Of a DNA stretch of 64,000 nucleotides, positions 26,934 to 37,349 are shown one piece after another (within the stretch, counting starts at the first letter, position 1; every line of letters starts with the position of its first letter). The DNA lies in the NCBI GenBank assembly GCA_947458835.1, contig CANHBC010000001.1:11854-75853 (forward strand), read 5' to 3'. Below the pieces are notes generated by a model. The model was not told the DNA's origin and ran no database searches. It saw only the letters and a program-made list of their open reading frames with translations. Made by a program: the position numbers and the translations under genes. Source of the stretch: Betaproteobacteria bacterium. GTDB taxonomy: Bacteria > Pseudomonadota > Gammaproteobacteria > Burkholderiales > CAIKXV01.

Positions 26934-27872
26934 TCAGTGTGCTGCCGCCCGGGCCGGCGGCACGCCGCCGTCGGCATCGCCCTGCGGCGCGGCCGTGCCG
27001 TCGTCGACGGAGCCTTCCCCGGTGCCGGAGGTACCGTCCGCAGGGTCTTCCTCGTCGGTCTCGCGCGCCCAGAACAGCCGGTCCGGGATGAACTGTCCCA
27101 TCCCCGGACGGAAGCCGGCCTTCAGTGTCTGCCAGGTGTACTCCTGCGCGTCGCGCGCCGCCTCGTCGACCGGCAGGCCGTTGGCGAGTGTGGCCGCGAG
27201 CGCCGACGCGAGCGTGCAGCCCGAACCATGGTAGCTGCCCGGCAGGCGCTGCCATGCGTCGCTGCGGATCTCGCCCTGTTCGCCATAGAGTCGGTTGACC
27301 ACCTGCACCGTGTTCTCGTGCGTGCCGGTGATCAGCACGTACTCGCAGCCTGCACCGATCAGGCGGCGCGCGCACCGGGCAAGGTCGAGGTCCTCGTCCT
27401 CGCGATCGTCGGCCGCGAGTCGGCGGGCCTCGTAGCTGTTCGGGGTGATGATCGTGCACTGCGGGAGCAGCAGTTCGCGGATGGCCGCGATCATCTCCTC
27501 GTTGGCGAACGGATCGCCCCGGCCGGAGGCCAGTACCGGGTCGAGGATCAGCGGCACGTTCGGATAGTCAGCGACCACTTCGGCGATGGCTGCGATCGTC
27601 TCGATGCTGCCGAGCACGCCGAGCTTGAACGCACTGACCGGCATGTCCTCGAGCACGCAGCGCGCCTGGTCGGCGACCCAGTCGGCGTCGATCGGCAGCA
27701 CATCCTCGACCCCGCGGGTGTCCTGAACGGTCAGGGCAGTGATCACCGGCAGCGGATGGCAACCCATGCTGGACAGGGTGAGCAGGTCGGCCTGGATGCC
27801 GGCCCCACCGCTGGGGTCGTTGGCGGCGAACACGAGCACGATCGGGGGTGTTTCGGGCACTGCATCTGGCAT
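26934..27872 (-). CDS. thiD: Hydroxymethylpyrimidine/phosphomethylpyrimidine kinase
   Basis: 312 aa with [15 protein letters not shown] and the C-terminal GSGCTLASA anion hole. An acidic, Gly-rich tail of about 45 aa follows. Confidence 0.9.
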   Translation of the reverse strand: MPDAVPETPPIVLVFAANDPSGGAGIQADLLTLSSMGCHPLPVITALTVQDTRGVEDVLPIDADWVADQARCVLEDMPVSAFKLGVLGSIETIAAIAEVVADYPNVPLILDPVLASGRGDPFANEEMIAAIRELLLPQCTIITPNSYEARRLAADDREDEDLDLARCARRLIGAGCEYVLITGTHENTVQVVNRLYGEQGEIRSDAWQRLPGSYHGSGCTLASALAATLANGLPVDEAARDAQEYTWQTLKAGFRPGMGQFIPDRLFWARETDEEDPADGTSGTGEGSVDDGTAAPQGDADGGVPPARAAAH

Positions 27873-28038
27873 GGGTGAACGGGCCTTCGGTTACACTCGA
27901 CGTGCAGATCGACATTGTAGTCGCTCGCCAACCTTCGTCCCGATTTCCGTCGTGCGTGTCGTCCGAAGCGACACGCCGTGGCGATGACATCCCGACCCGA
28001 TCCCGTCCAACCCAATCCTTCGCCGAGGCCGTCCCTCC

Positions 28039-28233
28039 ATGTCCGCAGAATCCGAAGCCGGAACCCCGTTCAAGCAGTGGATGTGCCTCGTCTGCGGCTG
28101 GATCTACGACGAGGAAGCCGGCTCGCCCGAGGAGGGCATCGCCGCCGGCACCCGCTGGGCGGACGTGCCGCCAAACTGGACCTGCCCGGAATGCGGCGCG
28201 CGCAAGGAAGATTTCGAGATGGTGGAGATCTGA
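28039..28233 (+). CDS. Rubredoxin
   Basis: 64 aa with two CxxCG knuckles ([10 protein letters not shown] and [11 protein letters not shown]). Confidence 0.93.
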   Translation: MSAESEAGTPFKQWMCLVCGWIYDEEAGSPEEGIAAGTRWADVPPNWTCPECGARKEDFEMVEI

Positions 28234-28234
28234 G

Positions 28235-28627
<393 letters not shown>

Positions 28628-28646
28628 ACGCCCGCCGCGCACGGGT

Positions 28647-29456
28647 TCAGGGCGCAGTCGGCAGGGCCGGTGCGGCGTTGGCCAGGCGCACGAAGTCTCC
28701 GACCGGCAGTTCCTCGGCGCGCGCCTGCGGATCGATGCCCAGTGCTTCCAGCGCGCCGGCATCGAACCAGCCACGGAGCGTGTTGCGCAGCATCTTGCGG
28801 CGCTGCCCGAACGCCGCCTGCACCACCCGCGACAGCCGTTGGACGTCGGCAGCACCGAGGGCTCCTGCCGGGCGCGGTACCAGCCGCACCACGCTCGAGT
28901 CCACCTTGGGCGCCGGACGGAAGGCCTGCGGGCCCACCTCGAGCACTGGCTCGGCATCGAACCGGTACTGCATCATCACCGACAGCCGGCCGTAGTCACC
29001 CGCCCCGGGAGCGGCGACGATACGTTCCACGACCTCCCGCTGGAGCATCACGTGCACGTCGAGCAGGCGCTCCGCGATGTCGAACAGCCTGAACAGGATC
29101 GGGCTGGAGATGTTGTACGGCAGGTTGCCGACCACGCGCAGCCGGTCGGGCAGCGTGGTGAAGTCGAAGTCGAGCACGTCCGCCTCGTGCACCTCGATGC
29201 GCGCACCCGGCAGCCGCTGGTGCAGGCTGCGTGCGAGGTCGCGGTCGAGTTCGATCACGTGCAGCGGATGGCCCGTTTCCGTCGCCCCGAGGCGCGCGGC
29301 CAGTAGCCCGGTCAGTGCGCCCATGCCTGGGCCGATCTCGACCAGAGCATCGCCCGGACGCGGATCGATCGCATGCACGATGGATTCGACCACATGCCGG
29401 TCGACCAGGAAGTTCTGGCCGAACCGACGCCGGGCGCGATGCGGTTCCAGGGTCAG
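28647..29456 (-). CDS. rsmA: 16S rRNA (adenine1518/1519-N6)-dimethyltransferase
   Basis: The SAM motif is VEIGPGMGALT. The conserved HRARRRFGQNFL lies upstream of the first canonical start (GTG 29393). I therefore extend the gene to the CTG at 29456, which overlaps the pdxA TGA. Confidence 0.85.
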   Translation of the reverse strand: MTLEPHRARRRFGQNFLVDRHVVESIVHAIDPRPGDALVEIGPGMGALTGLLAARLGATETGHPLHVIELDRDLARSLHQRLPGARIEVHEADVLDFDFTTLPDRLRVVGNLPYNISSPILFRLFDIAERLLDVHVMLQREVVERIVAAPGAGDYGRLSVMMQYRFDAEPVLEVGPQAFRPAPKVDSSVVRLVPRPAGALGAADVQRLSRVVQAAFGQRRKMLRNTLRGWFDAGALEALGIDPQARAEELPVGDFVRLANAAPALPTAP

Positions 29457-30472
29457 GCGCTCCGGTGGCCGGCCAGTTCGATCGCCAGCGCGACGGCCTC
29501 GCGCAGGCTGCCGTCGTGGGCGCGGCCGGTGCCGGCCAGGTCGAGCGCCGTGCCATGGTCGACCGAGGTTCGGATGATCGGCAGCCCGAGCGTGACATTG
29601 ACGCCCGCGCCGAAGCTGGCGTACTTGAGCACCGGCAGCCCCTGGTCGTGGTACATCGCGAGCACCGCGTCGCAGTCCCGCAGCCGATCCGGGTTGAACA
29701 GGGTGTCCGCCGGCAGCGGCCCACGTATGTCGAAGCCTTCGGCGCGCAGTGCCTCGAGCACCGGTCCGATCACCTCGATCTCCTCGCGCCCGAGGTGGCC
29801 GCCCTCGCCCGCGTGGGGATTGAGCCCGGATACCAGCAGCCGGGGGCAGGCGATGCCGAAGTCGCGCCGCAGCGCGTCGTGCAGGATGCGCAGCGTGCGC
29901 GTCAGCGACGGTGCCGTGATCGCCGCCGGCACCGCGGCCAGCGGCAGGTGCGTGGTGGCCAGCGCGACCCGCAGGCCACCACCGACCAGCATCATCACCA
30001 CCTGCGGCGTGTCGGTCAGTTCCGCCAGCATCTCGGTATGGCCGGTGAACGGCAGGCCAGCGTCATTGATCACGCCCTTGTGGACCGGCGCGGTGACCAG
30101 TGCGTCGAAGGTGCCGTCCTGGCAGCCGCGGACCGCGCGGGTGATCGTCTCGAGCACGTGGCCGGCATTGGCTGGATCGAGCCGGCCAGGTCGTACCGGC
30201 GCCGCCGCATGCACTGCGGCCACCTCCAGCGTGCCTGGCGGCAACGGCGTGTCCGGCGCACCGGGCTGCCATTCGCGCACGCAGACCGGACGGCCGAGCG
30301 CGTGGCCGCGTGCACGGAGTACCTCGGGGTCGCCGACCACCACGATGCGCGCGCCCGGCGCCGGCGCGAAGGCCAGCGCGACGCACAGGTCCGGTCCGAT
30401 GCCTGCCGGCTCGCCGGGCGTGAGGGCGATGGTGCGCGGCCGTGCGGCAGGCCCCGCGGCGGGAAGGTCCAT
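29453..30472 (-). CDS. pdxA: 4-hydroxythreonine-4-phosphate dehydrogenase
   Basis: Trimmed to MDLPAAG at 30472. Motifs are TPGEPAGIGPD and FTGHTEML. Confidence 0.92.
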   Translation of the reverse strand: MDLPAAGPAARPRTIALTPGEPAGIGPDLCVALAFAPAPGARIVVVGDPEVLRARGHALGRPVCVREWQPGAPDTPLPPGTLEVAAVHAAAPVRPGRLDPANAGHVLETITRAVRGCQDGTFDALVTAPVHKGVINDAGLPFTGHTEMLAELTDTPQVVMMLVGGGLRVALATTHLPLAAVPAAITAPSLTRTLRILHDALRRDFGIACPRLLVSGLNPHAGEGGHLGREEIEVIGPVLEALRAEGFDIRGPLPADTLFNPDRLRDCDAVLAMYHDQGLPVLKYASFGAGVNVTLGLPIIRTSVDHGTALDLAGTGRAHDGSLREAVALAIELAGHRSA

Positions 30473-30480
30473 GTCGCGGT

Positions 30481-31803
30481 TCAGCGCTCTTCCAGGCGCA
30501 CGCTGACGAAGGCGCGATCGCGCATCTGCCGTACCCACTCCTGGTAAGCCTCGTCCGCCTTGCGGGCACGCAGCGCCTGCCGTGCTACCAGCCGCTGGCG
30601 CTCGGCGGACAGGTCTTCGCTGCGCCGTTCGGTCACCTGGATCAGGTGCACCCCGAAGTCGCTGCGTACCGGATCGCTGAGTTCGTTGAGCTTGAGCTGG
30701 TCCATCGCCCGCTCGAACGCCGGCACGGTGTCGCCGGGGGAGATCCAGCCCAGTTCGCCGCCGCGCGCCGCGCTGCCGTCATCGGAGTGCAGGCGGGCCA
30801 ACTCGCCGAACGGCGTGCCGTTCTCGATGCGCTCCTTCAGGATGCGCAGCCGCTGGGTGGCCTCGGCCTCCGACACCAGCTCGTTCACGCGCACCAGGAT
30901 GTGGCGCGCGCGGGTCTGCTGGACTACCGCACTGCTGCCGCCGACCTTGCGGCCGACCACGCGAATGATGTGGAAGCCGGCCGGGCTGCGCAGGACGACG
31001 CTGGTCTCGCCGACCCGGAGCGTGCGCGCCGCATCGGCGAACAGCGAGGGCCAGCGGTCGGCCGGGCGTGCGCCCATCGACCCGCCCTTCAGCGCATCGG
31101 GCGCATCGGAGAACGCGGCTGCGACCTGGCCGAAGTCGGTGCCAGCCTTGATCTGGGCGAGCGCCTGCTCGGCGCGCCCGCGACGTTCCGCGAGCTGTTC
31201 CGGCGAAGCCCCTTCCGGCACGCGCACCAGGATGTGGGCCAGGCCAAGTTCGTCGTTGCCGCCCTGCGCGGTACTGCTCTTCAGGAAGTTGTCGATCTCG
31301 GACTCGTTGACGACCACCCTCGAGTCGACCTCGCGCTCGCGCAGGCGGCTGATCACCACCTCGTCGCGAAGGTCGTCGCGGAAACGCGAGAACGCGAGGC
31401 CATCGCGCTCGATCGCCTCGCGGAATTGTGGCAGCGTCATCTTGTTGTCGGCCGCGATGCGCGTCAGGATCTTCTCGAGCTGGGCATCGTCGATCCGGAT
31501 GCCGGTGTCGCGCGCAAGCTGCAGTTGCACGCGGTCGGAGATCATCCGTTCCAGCACCTGGCGTTCCAGCACGTCGGTCGGCGGCAGAGGCGTGCCCTGG
31601 CGCGACAGCTGGGCGACCGCGAGCCGGGTGCGCAGGGCGAGGTCGAACTGGGTGATCACCTCATCGTTCACGACCGCGACGATCCGGTCGACCGTCACCA
31701 CGCGGGGCGCGGCAGGCGCCTGGGCGGGGGCGGTCCCGGGCACGGCCAGCAGCACGGGGATCAGCAGCAGGGCGGCGGAGAAGGTCGGCAGTCGGCGGGA
31801 CAT
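30481..31803 (-). CDS. surA: Periplasmic chaperone / PPIase SurA
   Basis: 440 aa with a signal peptide, the SurA N-domain and two parvulin domains. It sits in the lptD-surA-pdxA-rsmA order. Confidence 0.92.
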   Translation of the reverse strand: MSRRLPTFSAALLLIPVLLAVPGTAPAQAPAAPRVVTVDRIVAVVNDEVITQFDLALRTRLAVAQLSRQGTPLPPTDVLERQVLERMISDRVQLQLARDTGIRIDDAQLEKILTRIAADNKMTLPQFREAIERDGLAFSRFRDDLRDEVVISRLREREVDSRVVVNESEIDNFLKSSTAQGGNDELGLAHILVRVPEGASPEQLAERRGRAEQALAQIKAGTDFGQVAAAFSDAPDALKGGSMGARPADRWPSLFADAARTLRVGETSVVLRSPAGFHIIRVVGRKVGGSSAVVQQTRARHILVRVNELVSEAEATQRLRILKERIENGTPFGELARLHSDDGSAARGGELGWISPGDTVPAFERAMDQLKLNELSDPVRSDFGVHLIQVTERRSEDLSAERQRLVARQALRARKADEAYQEWVRQMRDRAFVSVRLEER

Positions 31804-31831
31804 GGCGATGGCGGTTGCGGAGGAGCGCCGG

Positions 31832-34090
31832 TCAGCGCATGGGGTGGGGGATGGTCGTCACCGACTGCGACCGGTTCAGTTCGGTGTCCACGTATCCGGG
31901 GATGCTGCGCCTGAGCAGCTCGAGCGGGTTGGAGCCGACTCTTGACAGGCCGCCGAGTTCGATCTGGAAGAACAAGGCGGTGGTCGCCTGCTGGGTACCG
32001 ACCGCAATGCGGTTCGCGACGAACCGGAAGCTCCAGCAGTCATCATCATACTGCAAGCCCGCCAGCGCTTCCAGAATGGTCCGGTCGCGGAACGAGTAGT
32101 TGAAGCGTGAGAGCGTCGACCAGCCCATGCCCAGGCGCCACTGCGTGGAGAGGTCGATCTGTTCCAGCTGGGTGCGCGAGTAGCGGTAGGAGGCGTTGAA
32201 CACCATCCCCGGTTCCGGCAGGTAGCGCACCCCCAGCACCTGACGCTCGACGGTGGACAGCGTGGAGCTGTACTGAAGGCCGGCGTCGAGCGTCCAGCCG
32301 CGCCAGAGCTGCCCGGTCAGTGTGCCGATCAGGTCCGACTTGGAGCGACCGCGATCGGGCGAGCCGGGCAGCGTCACCTGCAGCGCGTCGAGGTAGAAGC
32401 GCTGCGCGATGCCGGCGCGGATACGCTCGGTTCCCGTGTCGGGGTCGATCAGCCGGGACACCAGCCCGGCCGTGACCTGATTGGCATCGGCGATCCGGTC
32501 GTTGCCGGAGTAGAGATTTTCCTGGAACAGGGTGACAAAGTTCGGATCGGGCAGCGCGCTGTCGAACACCGGCAGGCGGCTCTGGTCGCGGAACGGAATG
32601 TACGAGTAGAACAGCCGCGGTTCGAGCGTCTGGAGCATGCCCCGGCCGAACAGGGCGGTGTCGCGTTCGAGCACCACGCCGCTGTCGATGCTCAGGATCG
32701 GCAGCGTGCGTGTCGCGTCGCCGATCGTGGTGGTCTGCGCATCCATGGTGTAGCGGGTGTGGTGCAGCGCGACCTTGGGCCTGACGAACCCGAAGGTGGT
32801 CTGCAACGGCAGGGTGACGCTCGGGTTCACCAGCACGCGCTGGCCGTTGGGCAGCGTCGGGTGGCTGAAGTTGACGTACTCGCTGACCAGCCCGAGGTCG
32901 GTGCCGAATACGTCGAGCCGGTTGCCCGTGTAGTAGACCTGCGGCAGGCGGGCATAGGGCGGGGTGATCGGTGCCAGCGGATCCTGCAGGGTCTGGAATC
33001 GCTGCGAACGGAAGAAGAGGGTGCCGAACGCATCGCCGCGGGTGAGCATCGCATCGCGCGGCAGGTTGGTCAGTGACGTCAGCGCGATGCGCGTCGACAT
33101 GTCCCGGAAATACAGGTCGTCGGAGACCTTCTGCATGTTGAGCATGCCGGACCACCTGCCGCCCAGCGGGTCCGTGCCCACCTGATGCCGGTGCTGTAGC
33201 GACATCAGGTAGCGGCTCTGCCCGGTGCTCTGGTCCGACGGCAGGAACTCGGCCCGGGCCTCCCCGACATACGCGGGGTCGAGGTAGCGGAACTCGTTGC
33301 CGATCTGCAGGCCCCGCTTGGCCATCGCGCGCGTGGTGGCCGTGTAGTCCATGTTCGGCGCGATCGCCCAGAAATAGGGCAAGGCCAGTTCGGGGCCGTT
33401 GCGTCCCGACAGCGTGAAGGTGGGCGAGAGGAAGCCCGACTTGCGTTCGCTGGAGAGCGGGAACGACATCAGCGGTGCGTAGAACAGCGGCACGCCCTGG
33501 AACACGAGCAACCCGTTGCGCGCAGTGCCGACGTTGCGTGTCTGGTCGATCAGCAGCTCGTCGGCGCGGATGTACCAGTCCTCGTCGTCGGGGCCGCAGG
33601 TGGTGAAGCGACCACGCTGGACGCGGAACCTGTCCTCGCCCTCGAAGAACATCCGCTCGGCGTTGCCGCGTCCACCGACTTCGGTCAGGCGGTAGGTCGG
33701 GTTGTCCATGAAACCGGTCTGGCGGTCGATGTTCAGGAACAGGAACGGCCCGAGCACTTCGTTGCGCCGCTGTACCAGCACCACGTTACCCTGGGCGGTC
33801 ACGTCGCCCACGGCCGCGTCGTGGCGGATGAAATCTGCGAAAACCGCCTGCCCGCGCCTGCGCAGGATGGCATCACCTTCTGCCTCGATCTCGTCCCGGC
33901 CCCGGCCGCGGATCACGTCGGCATCGACGAACAGCGGGACCGGATCCTTGTTCTCGATCGGGATGCGGATCAGGTCGGTCTCGATGCGCAGGCCGACTCC
34001 AGGCGACTGACCCGACGACTGGGCGAAGCCCGAGGCGGAACCGGCGGCGAGGAGTGCTGCACAGACGAGCCGCGGCGGAAACCGGCGCAT
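31832..34090 (-). CDS. lptD: LPS-assembly outer-membrane protein LptD
   Basis: 752 aa with a signal peptide, an OstA-like N-domain and a large beta-barrel. Its position upstream of surA is conserved. Confidence 0.92.
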   Translation of the reverse strand: MRRFPPRLVCAALLAAGSASGFAQSSGQSPGVGLRIETDLIRIPIENKDPVPLFVDADVIRGRGRDEIEAEGDAILRRRGQAVFADFIRHDAAVGDVTAQGNVVLVQRRNEVLGPFLFLNIDRQTGFMDNPTYRLTEVGGRGNAERMFFEGEDRFRVQRGRFTTCGPDDEDWYIRADELLIDQTRNVGTARNGLLVFQGVPLFYAPLMSFPLSSERKSGFLSPTFTLSGRNGPELALPYFWAIAPNMDYTATTRAMAKRGLQIGNEFRYLDPAYVGEARAEFLPSDQSTGQSRYLMSLQHRHQVGTDPLGGRWSGMLNMQKVSDDLYFRDMSTRIALTSLTNLPRDAMLTRGDAFGTLFFRSQRFQTLQDPLAPITPPYARLPQVYYTGNRLDVFGTDLGLVSEYVNFSHPTLPNGQRVLVNPSVTLPLQTTFGFVRPKVALHHTRYTMDAQTTTIGDATRTLPILSIDSGVVLERDTALFGRGMLQTLEPRLFYSYIPFRDQSRLPVFDSALPDPNFVTLFQENLYSGNDRIADANQVTAGLVSRLIDPDTGTERIRAGIAQRFYLDALQVTLPGSPDRGRSKSDLIGTLTGQLWRGWTLDAGLQYSSTLSTVERQVLGVRYLPEPGMVFNASYRYSRTQLEQIDLSTQWRLGMGWSTLSRFNYSFRDRTILEALAGLQYDDDCWSFRFVANRIAVGTQQATTALFFQIELGGLSRVGSNPLELLRRSIPGYVDTELNRSQSVTTIPHPMR

Positions 34091-34233
34091 GCGCAGTCAG
34101 TGGTTGAGAGGAGGCAAGCTACCTTCGCATAAATCGGGGGTGCAGGCAATCTTGCTCCCGGCTCGGAACGCACGCGCAGGCACGGTTTCGCGGCCACGGC
34201 CACGGGCGGCCCGGGCTGCGCGATAATCCGCCC

Positions 34234-35274
34234 GTGCCAGATCCCGTTTCCCCCTCTACGCCAGCATCGCCCGGATCCCCGACGGATGCGCGGCGGCTGG
34301 CCGCCGCCCGTTGGGCCGGCGAAGCGCTCGGTCGCGGCCCGGTGGTCCTCGAGACCGCATCGGCCGATGCCAGCTTCCGTCGCTACTTCCGGTTCGATGA
34401 TCCTGCGGGCGGGCGCAGCCTGATCGTCATGGACGCGCCGCCGGCACATGAGGACTGCAGGCCCTTCGTGCACGTGGCCAGCCTGCTGGTCGACGCTGGC
34501 GTACATGCGCCGCGAGTGCTGGCCCAGGACCTCGACGAGGGATTCCTGCTGCTGACCGACCTGGGTCGCACGACCTACCTTGACGAGCTCGCGCGACGCG
34601 ACCCGGCCCGGGTCGATGCCCTCTATGCTGATGCGCTCGCGGCACTGGTGGCGATGCAGCGCATCCCGGTTGGCGGCCGCCTTCCTGCCTACGACCGGGC
34701 GATGCTCGGCCGGGAACTCGACCTGTTCCCCGAGTGGTACCTCGGGCGTCACCTCGGGCAGCCGCCCGATGCGGCCGCGGCCGCCACCCTGGCGGCGATC
34801 AGTGGTCGGCTGCTCGACCGCGCGCTCGCCCAGCCGCGGGTATTCGTGCATCGGGACTACCATTCGCGCAACCTGATGTGCTGCCAGCCCAATCCGGGCG
34901 TGCTCGACTTCCAGGACGCGGTCGAGGGGCCGATCACCTATGACCTGGCCTCGCTGTTCAAGGATGCGTACATCGACTGGGATGAGGCGCAGCTGATCGA
35001 CTGGCTCGCCCGCTACTGGGACCTGGCCCGGCGCAGCGGCCTGCCGGTGGACCCGGACTTCGGCGAGTTTCACCGCGACTTCGAATGGATGGGTGTGCAG
35101 CGCCACCTGAAGGTGCTCGGTATCTTCGCCCGGCTGGCCTGGCGTGACGGCAAGCACGGCTATCTGGAGTCGATGCCGCGGGTACGCCGCTACCTGCGCG
35201 CCACGTGCGCGCGCTACCGCGACCTCGCTCCGCTGTCGCGCTGGCTGGACGAGCCCCCGTCGGCCTCCCGATGA
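34234..35274 (+). CDS. amgK: Aminoglycoside-phosphotransferase-fold kinase, likely anomeric MurNAc/GlcNAc kinase
   Basis: 346 aa with the APH-fold catalytic HRDYHSRNL. It is divergent from lptD and translationally coupled to murU, the known amgK-murU context. Confidence 0.7.
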   Translation: MPDPVSPSTPASPGSPTDARRLAAARWAGEALGRGPVVLETASADASFRRYFRFDDPAGGRSLIVMDAPPAHEDCRPFVHVASLLVDAGVHAPRVLAQDLDEGFLLLTDLGRTTYLDELARRDPARVDALYADALAALVAMQRIPVGGRLPAYDRAMLGRELDLFPEWYLGRHLGQPPDAAAAATLAAISGRLLDRALAQPRVFVHRDYHSRNLMCCQPNPGVLDFQDAVEGPITYDLASLFKDAYIDWDEAQLIDWLARYWDLARRSGLPVDPDFGEFHRDFEWMGVQRHLKVLGIFARLAWRDGKHGYLESMPRVRRYLRATCARYRDLAPLSRWLDEPPSASR

Positions 35275-35987
35275 TCGCGATGATCCTCGCTGCGGGCCGC
35301 GGCGAGCGGATGCGGCCACTCACCGATCGCGTGCCGAAGCCGCTGCTGGAAGCGGGTGGGCGGCCCCTGATCGTGCACCTGGCTTCAGCACTGGCCGCGG
35401 CCGGCTGCCGAGAGCTGGTGGTAAACACCGCGCACCTCGGCGAGCAGTTCGAGGCCGCGCTGGGCGACGGCGGCAGCCTGGGCGTGCGCATCCGCTGGTC
35501 GCACGAGGGCACGGCGCTGGAGACCGCCGGCGGCATCGCTTTCGCCCGGCCGCTGCTTGGCTGCGAGCCCTTCCTGGTGGCTAACGGCGACGTCTGGTGC
35601 GACCTTGCGTTCGGTCCGTTCATCGAGCGTGCACGGGCTGCGCTGGCCGATCCGGCGATCGATGCGCACCTGCTGCTGGTCGACAACCCGCCACACCACC
35701 CGGCCGGCGACTTCACGCTCCTCGACGGGCGGATCGTCGATGACGCGGTGGCGGGCGGGGTCCGCCACACGTTCGCCGGCATCGGCGTCTACCGGCCGGG
35801 GCTGTTCGACGGTGTGCCGGCCGGCGCACGCGCGCCGCTGGCGCCGCTGCTGCACGCGGCGCGTGCGCGCGGCGCACTCTCGGGCGAGCGCCATGCGGGT
35901 ACCTGGATGGACATCGGCACGCCGCAGCGACTGGCCGACCTCGACCGATGGCTGTGCGTCGGCCGTCCGCCGGCACCCTCCCTATAA
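35271..35987 (+). CDS. murU: Nucleotidyltransferase, likely MurNAc-alpha-1-phosphate uridylyltransferase
   Basis: The ATG at 35271 forms an ATGA overlap with amgK. The N-terminal MILAAGRGERMRPLT is the NTP-transferase signature. Confidence 0.7.
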   Translation: MIAMILAAGRGERMRPLTDRVPKPLLEAGGRPLIVHLASALAAAGCRELVVNTAHLGEQFEAALGDGGSLGVRIRWSHEGTALETAGGIAFARPLLGCEPFLVANGDVWCDLAFGPFIERARAALADPAIDAHLLLVDNPPHHPAGDFTLLDGRIVDDAVAGGVRHTFAGIGVYRPGLFDGVPAGARAPLAPLLHAARARGALSGERHAGTWMDIGTPQRLADLDRWLCVGRPPAPSL

Positions 35988-36014
35988 TGGGCTCCCACGT
36001 TTCCGAGCCTGCCC

Positions 36015-37349
36015 ATGCCGCCGTTCGACCCGATCCCCCTGCCGGAACTCGCCCGCACCGCACGCGCGCGACGCGAGCGGCTGGCCGCGCGCATCGGCGA
36101 TGGCGTCGCCGTGCTGGCGACCGCACCCGAGCGCACACGTAATCGTGACACGCACTATCCGTACCGGTTCGACAGCTACTTCTACTATCTGACCGCCTTC
36201 CCCGAGCCGGAGGCGGTGGTGGTGGTGGTCGGTGGTGCTTCGCCGCGCCACGTCCTGTTCTGCCGCGCACGCGACCCGGAACGCGAGCTGTGGGACGGCT
36301 ACCGGCACGGTCCCGAGGCCGCCCGCGAGCGGTTCGGTTTCGACGAGGCATGGCCCATGTCGGAACTCGATGCGCGGATGCCGGGCCTGATCGCCGACCG
36401 GCCGGCGCTGTACTGCGCGATCGGAGAGGATCCCGGCTGGAGCGCCCGCGTGTCCGGCTGGCTGAACGAGGTACGCGCGATGGCCCGCACCGGCGTGGCC
36501 GCGCCTGCCACCCTGGGCGAGGTCCGCGTGCTGGTCGACGCGATGCGCGTGGTGAAGGATGAGCAGGAACTGTCGATCATGCGCCGCGCCGCGGCCATCT
36601 CGTGCGACGCCCACCGGCGGGCGATGCGCGCGACCCGACCGGGCCGCCACGAGTTCGAGGTCGAGGCCGAACTGCTGCATGCATTCCGCGCAGCCGGCGC
36701 GCAGGCGCCCGCCTACACGTCGATCGTCGCCGGGGGCGCCAACGCCTGCGTGCTGCACTATGTCGACAACGCCTCGAAGCTGGCCGCGGGGGAGCTGCTG
36801 CTGGTCGATGCTGGCTGTGAACTCGACGGCTATGCCTCGGACATCACGCGAACCTTCCCGGTCGACGGTCGGTTCAGCGGACCCCAGCGTGCGCTGTACG
36901 AGTGCGTGCTCGAGGCGCAACTGCGGGCGATCGACGCGGTCCGGCCGGGCGCGAGCTGGCAGGCGCCGCATGATGCGGCCGTGGCCGCGCTGTGCGCCGG
37001 CTTCGTCGAACTGGGCCTGTGCGAAGGGCCGGTGGAGCGGGTGCTCGAGTCGGGCGACTACCGCCGCTTCTACATGCACCGGACTGGCCACTGGCTCGGC
37101 CTCGACGTGCACGACGCCGGCGACTACAAGCGCGACGGGCAGTGGGTGGCCCTCGAGCCCGGCAACGTGACCACGGTCGAGCCGGGCTGCTATGTGCGTC
37201 CCGGCGACGGAGTGCCCGAAGCGTTCTGGAACATCGGCATCCGGATCGAGGACGACGTCGTGGTGACCGCCACCGGCAACGAGGTGATCACCGCCGATGC
37301 ACCCAAGCGCATCGACGACATCGAGGCCTGGATGCGCGAGCGGTCGTGA
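36015..37349 (+). CDS. pepP: Xaa-Pro aminopeptidase
   Basis: 444 aa with M24B metal ligands (DAGCELDGYASDITRT, HRTGHWLGLDVHD, EPGCY). Confidence 0.92.
   Translation: MPPFDPIPLPELARTARARRERLAARIGDGVAVLATAPERTRNRDTHYPYRFDSYFYYLTAFPEPEAVVVVVGGASPRHVLFCRARDPERELWDGYRHGPEAARERFGFDEAWPMSELDARMPGLIADRPALYCAIGEDPGWSARVSGWLNEVRAMARTGVAAPATLGEVRVLVDAMRVVKDEQELSIMRRAAAISCDAHRRAMRATRPGRHEFEVEAELLHAFRAAGAQAPAYTSIVAGGANACVLHYVDNASKLAAGELLLVDAGCELDGYASDITRTFPVDGRFSGPQRALYECVLEAQLRAIDAVRPGASWQAPHDAAVAALCAGFVELGLCEGPVERVLESGDYRRFYMHRTGHWLGLDVHDAGDYKRDGQWVALEPGNVTTVEPGCYVRPGDGVPEAFWNIGIRIEDDVVVTATGNEVITADAPKRIDDIEAWMRERS

Noticed and set aside
27873-28038. A possible TPP (THI-box) riboswitch upstream of thiD-thiE
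   Set aside because: I looked on the minus strand for the conserved CUGAGA and ACCUGAUCUGGAUAAUGCCAGCG elements and found neither. Only a small hairpin (CGTGTCG/CGACACG near 27955-27975) is present.
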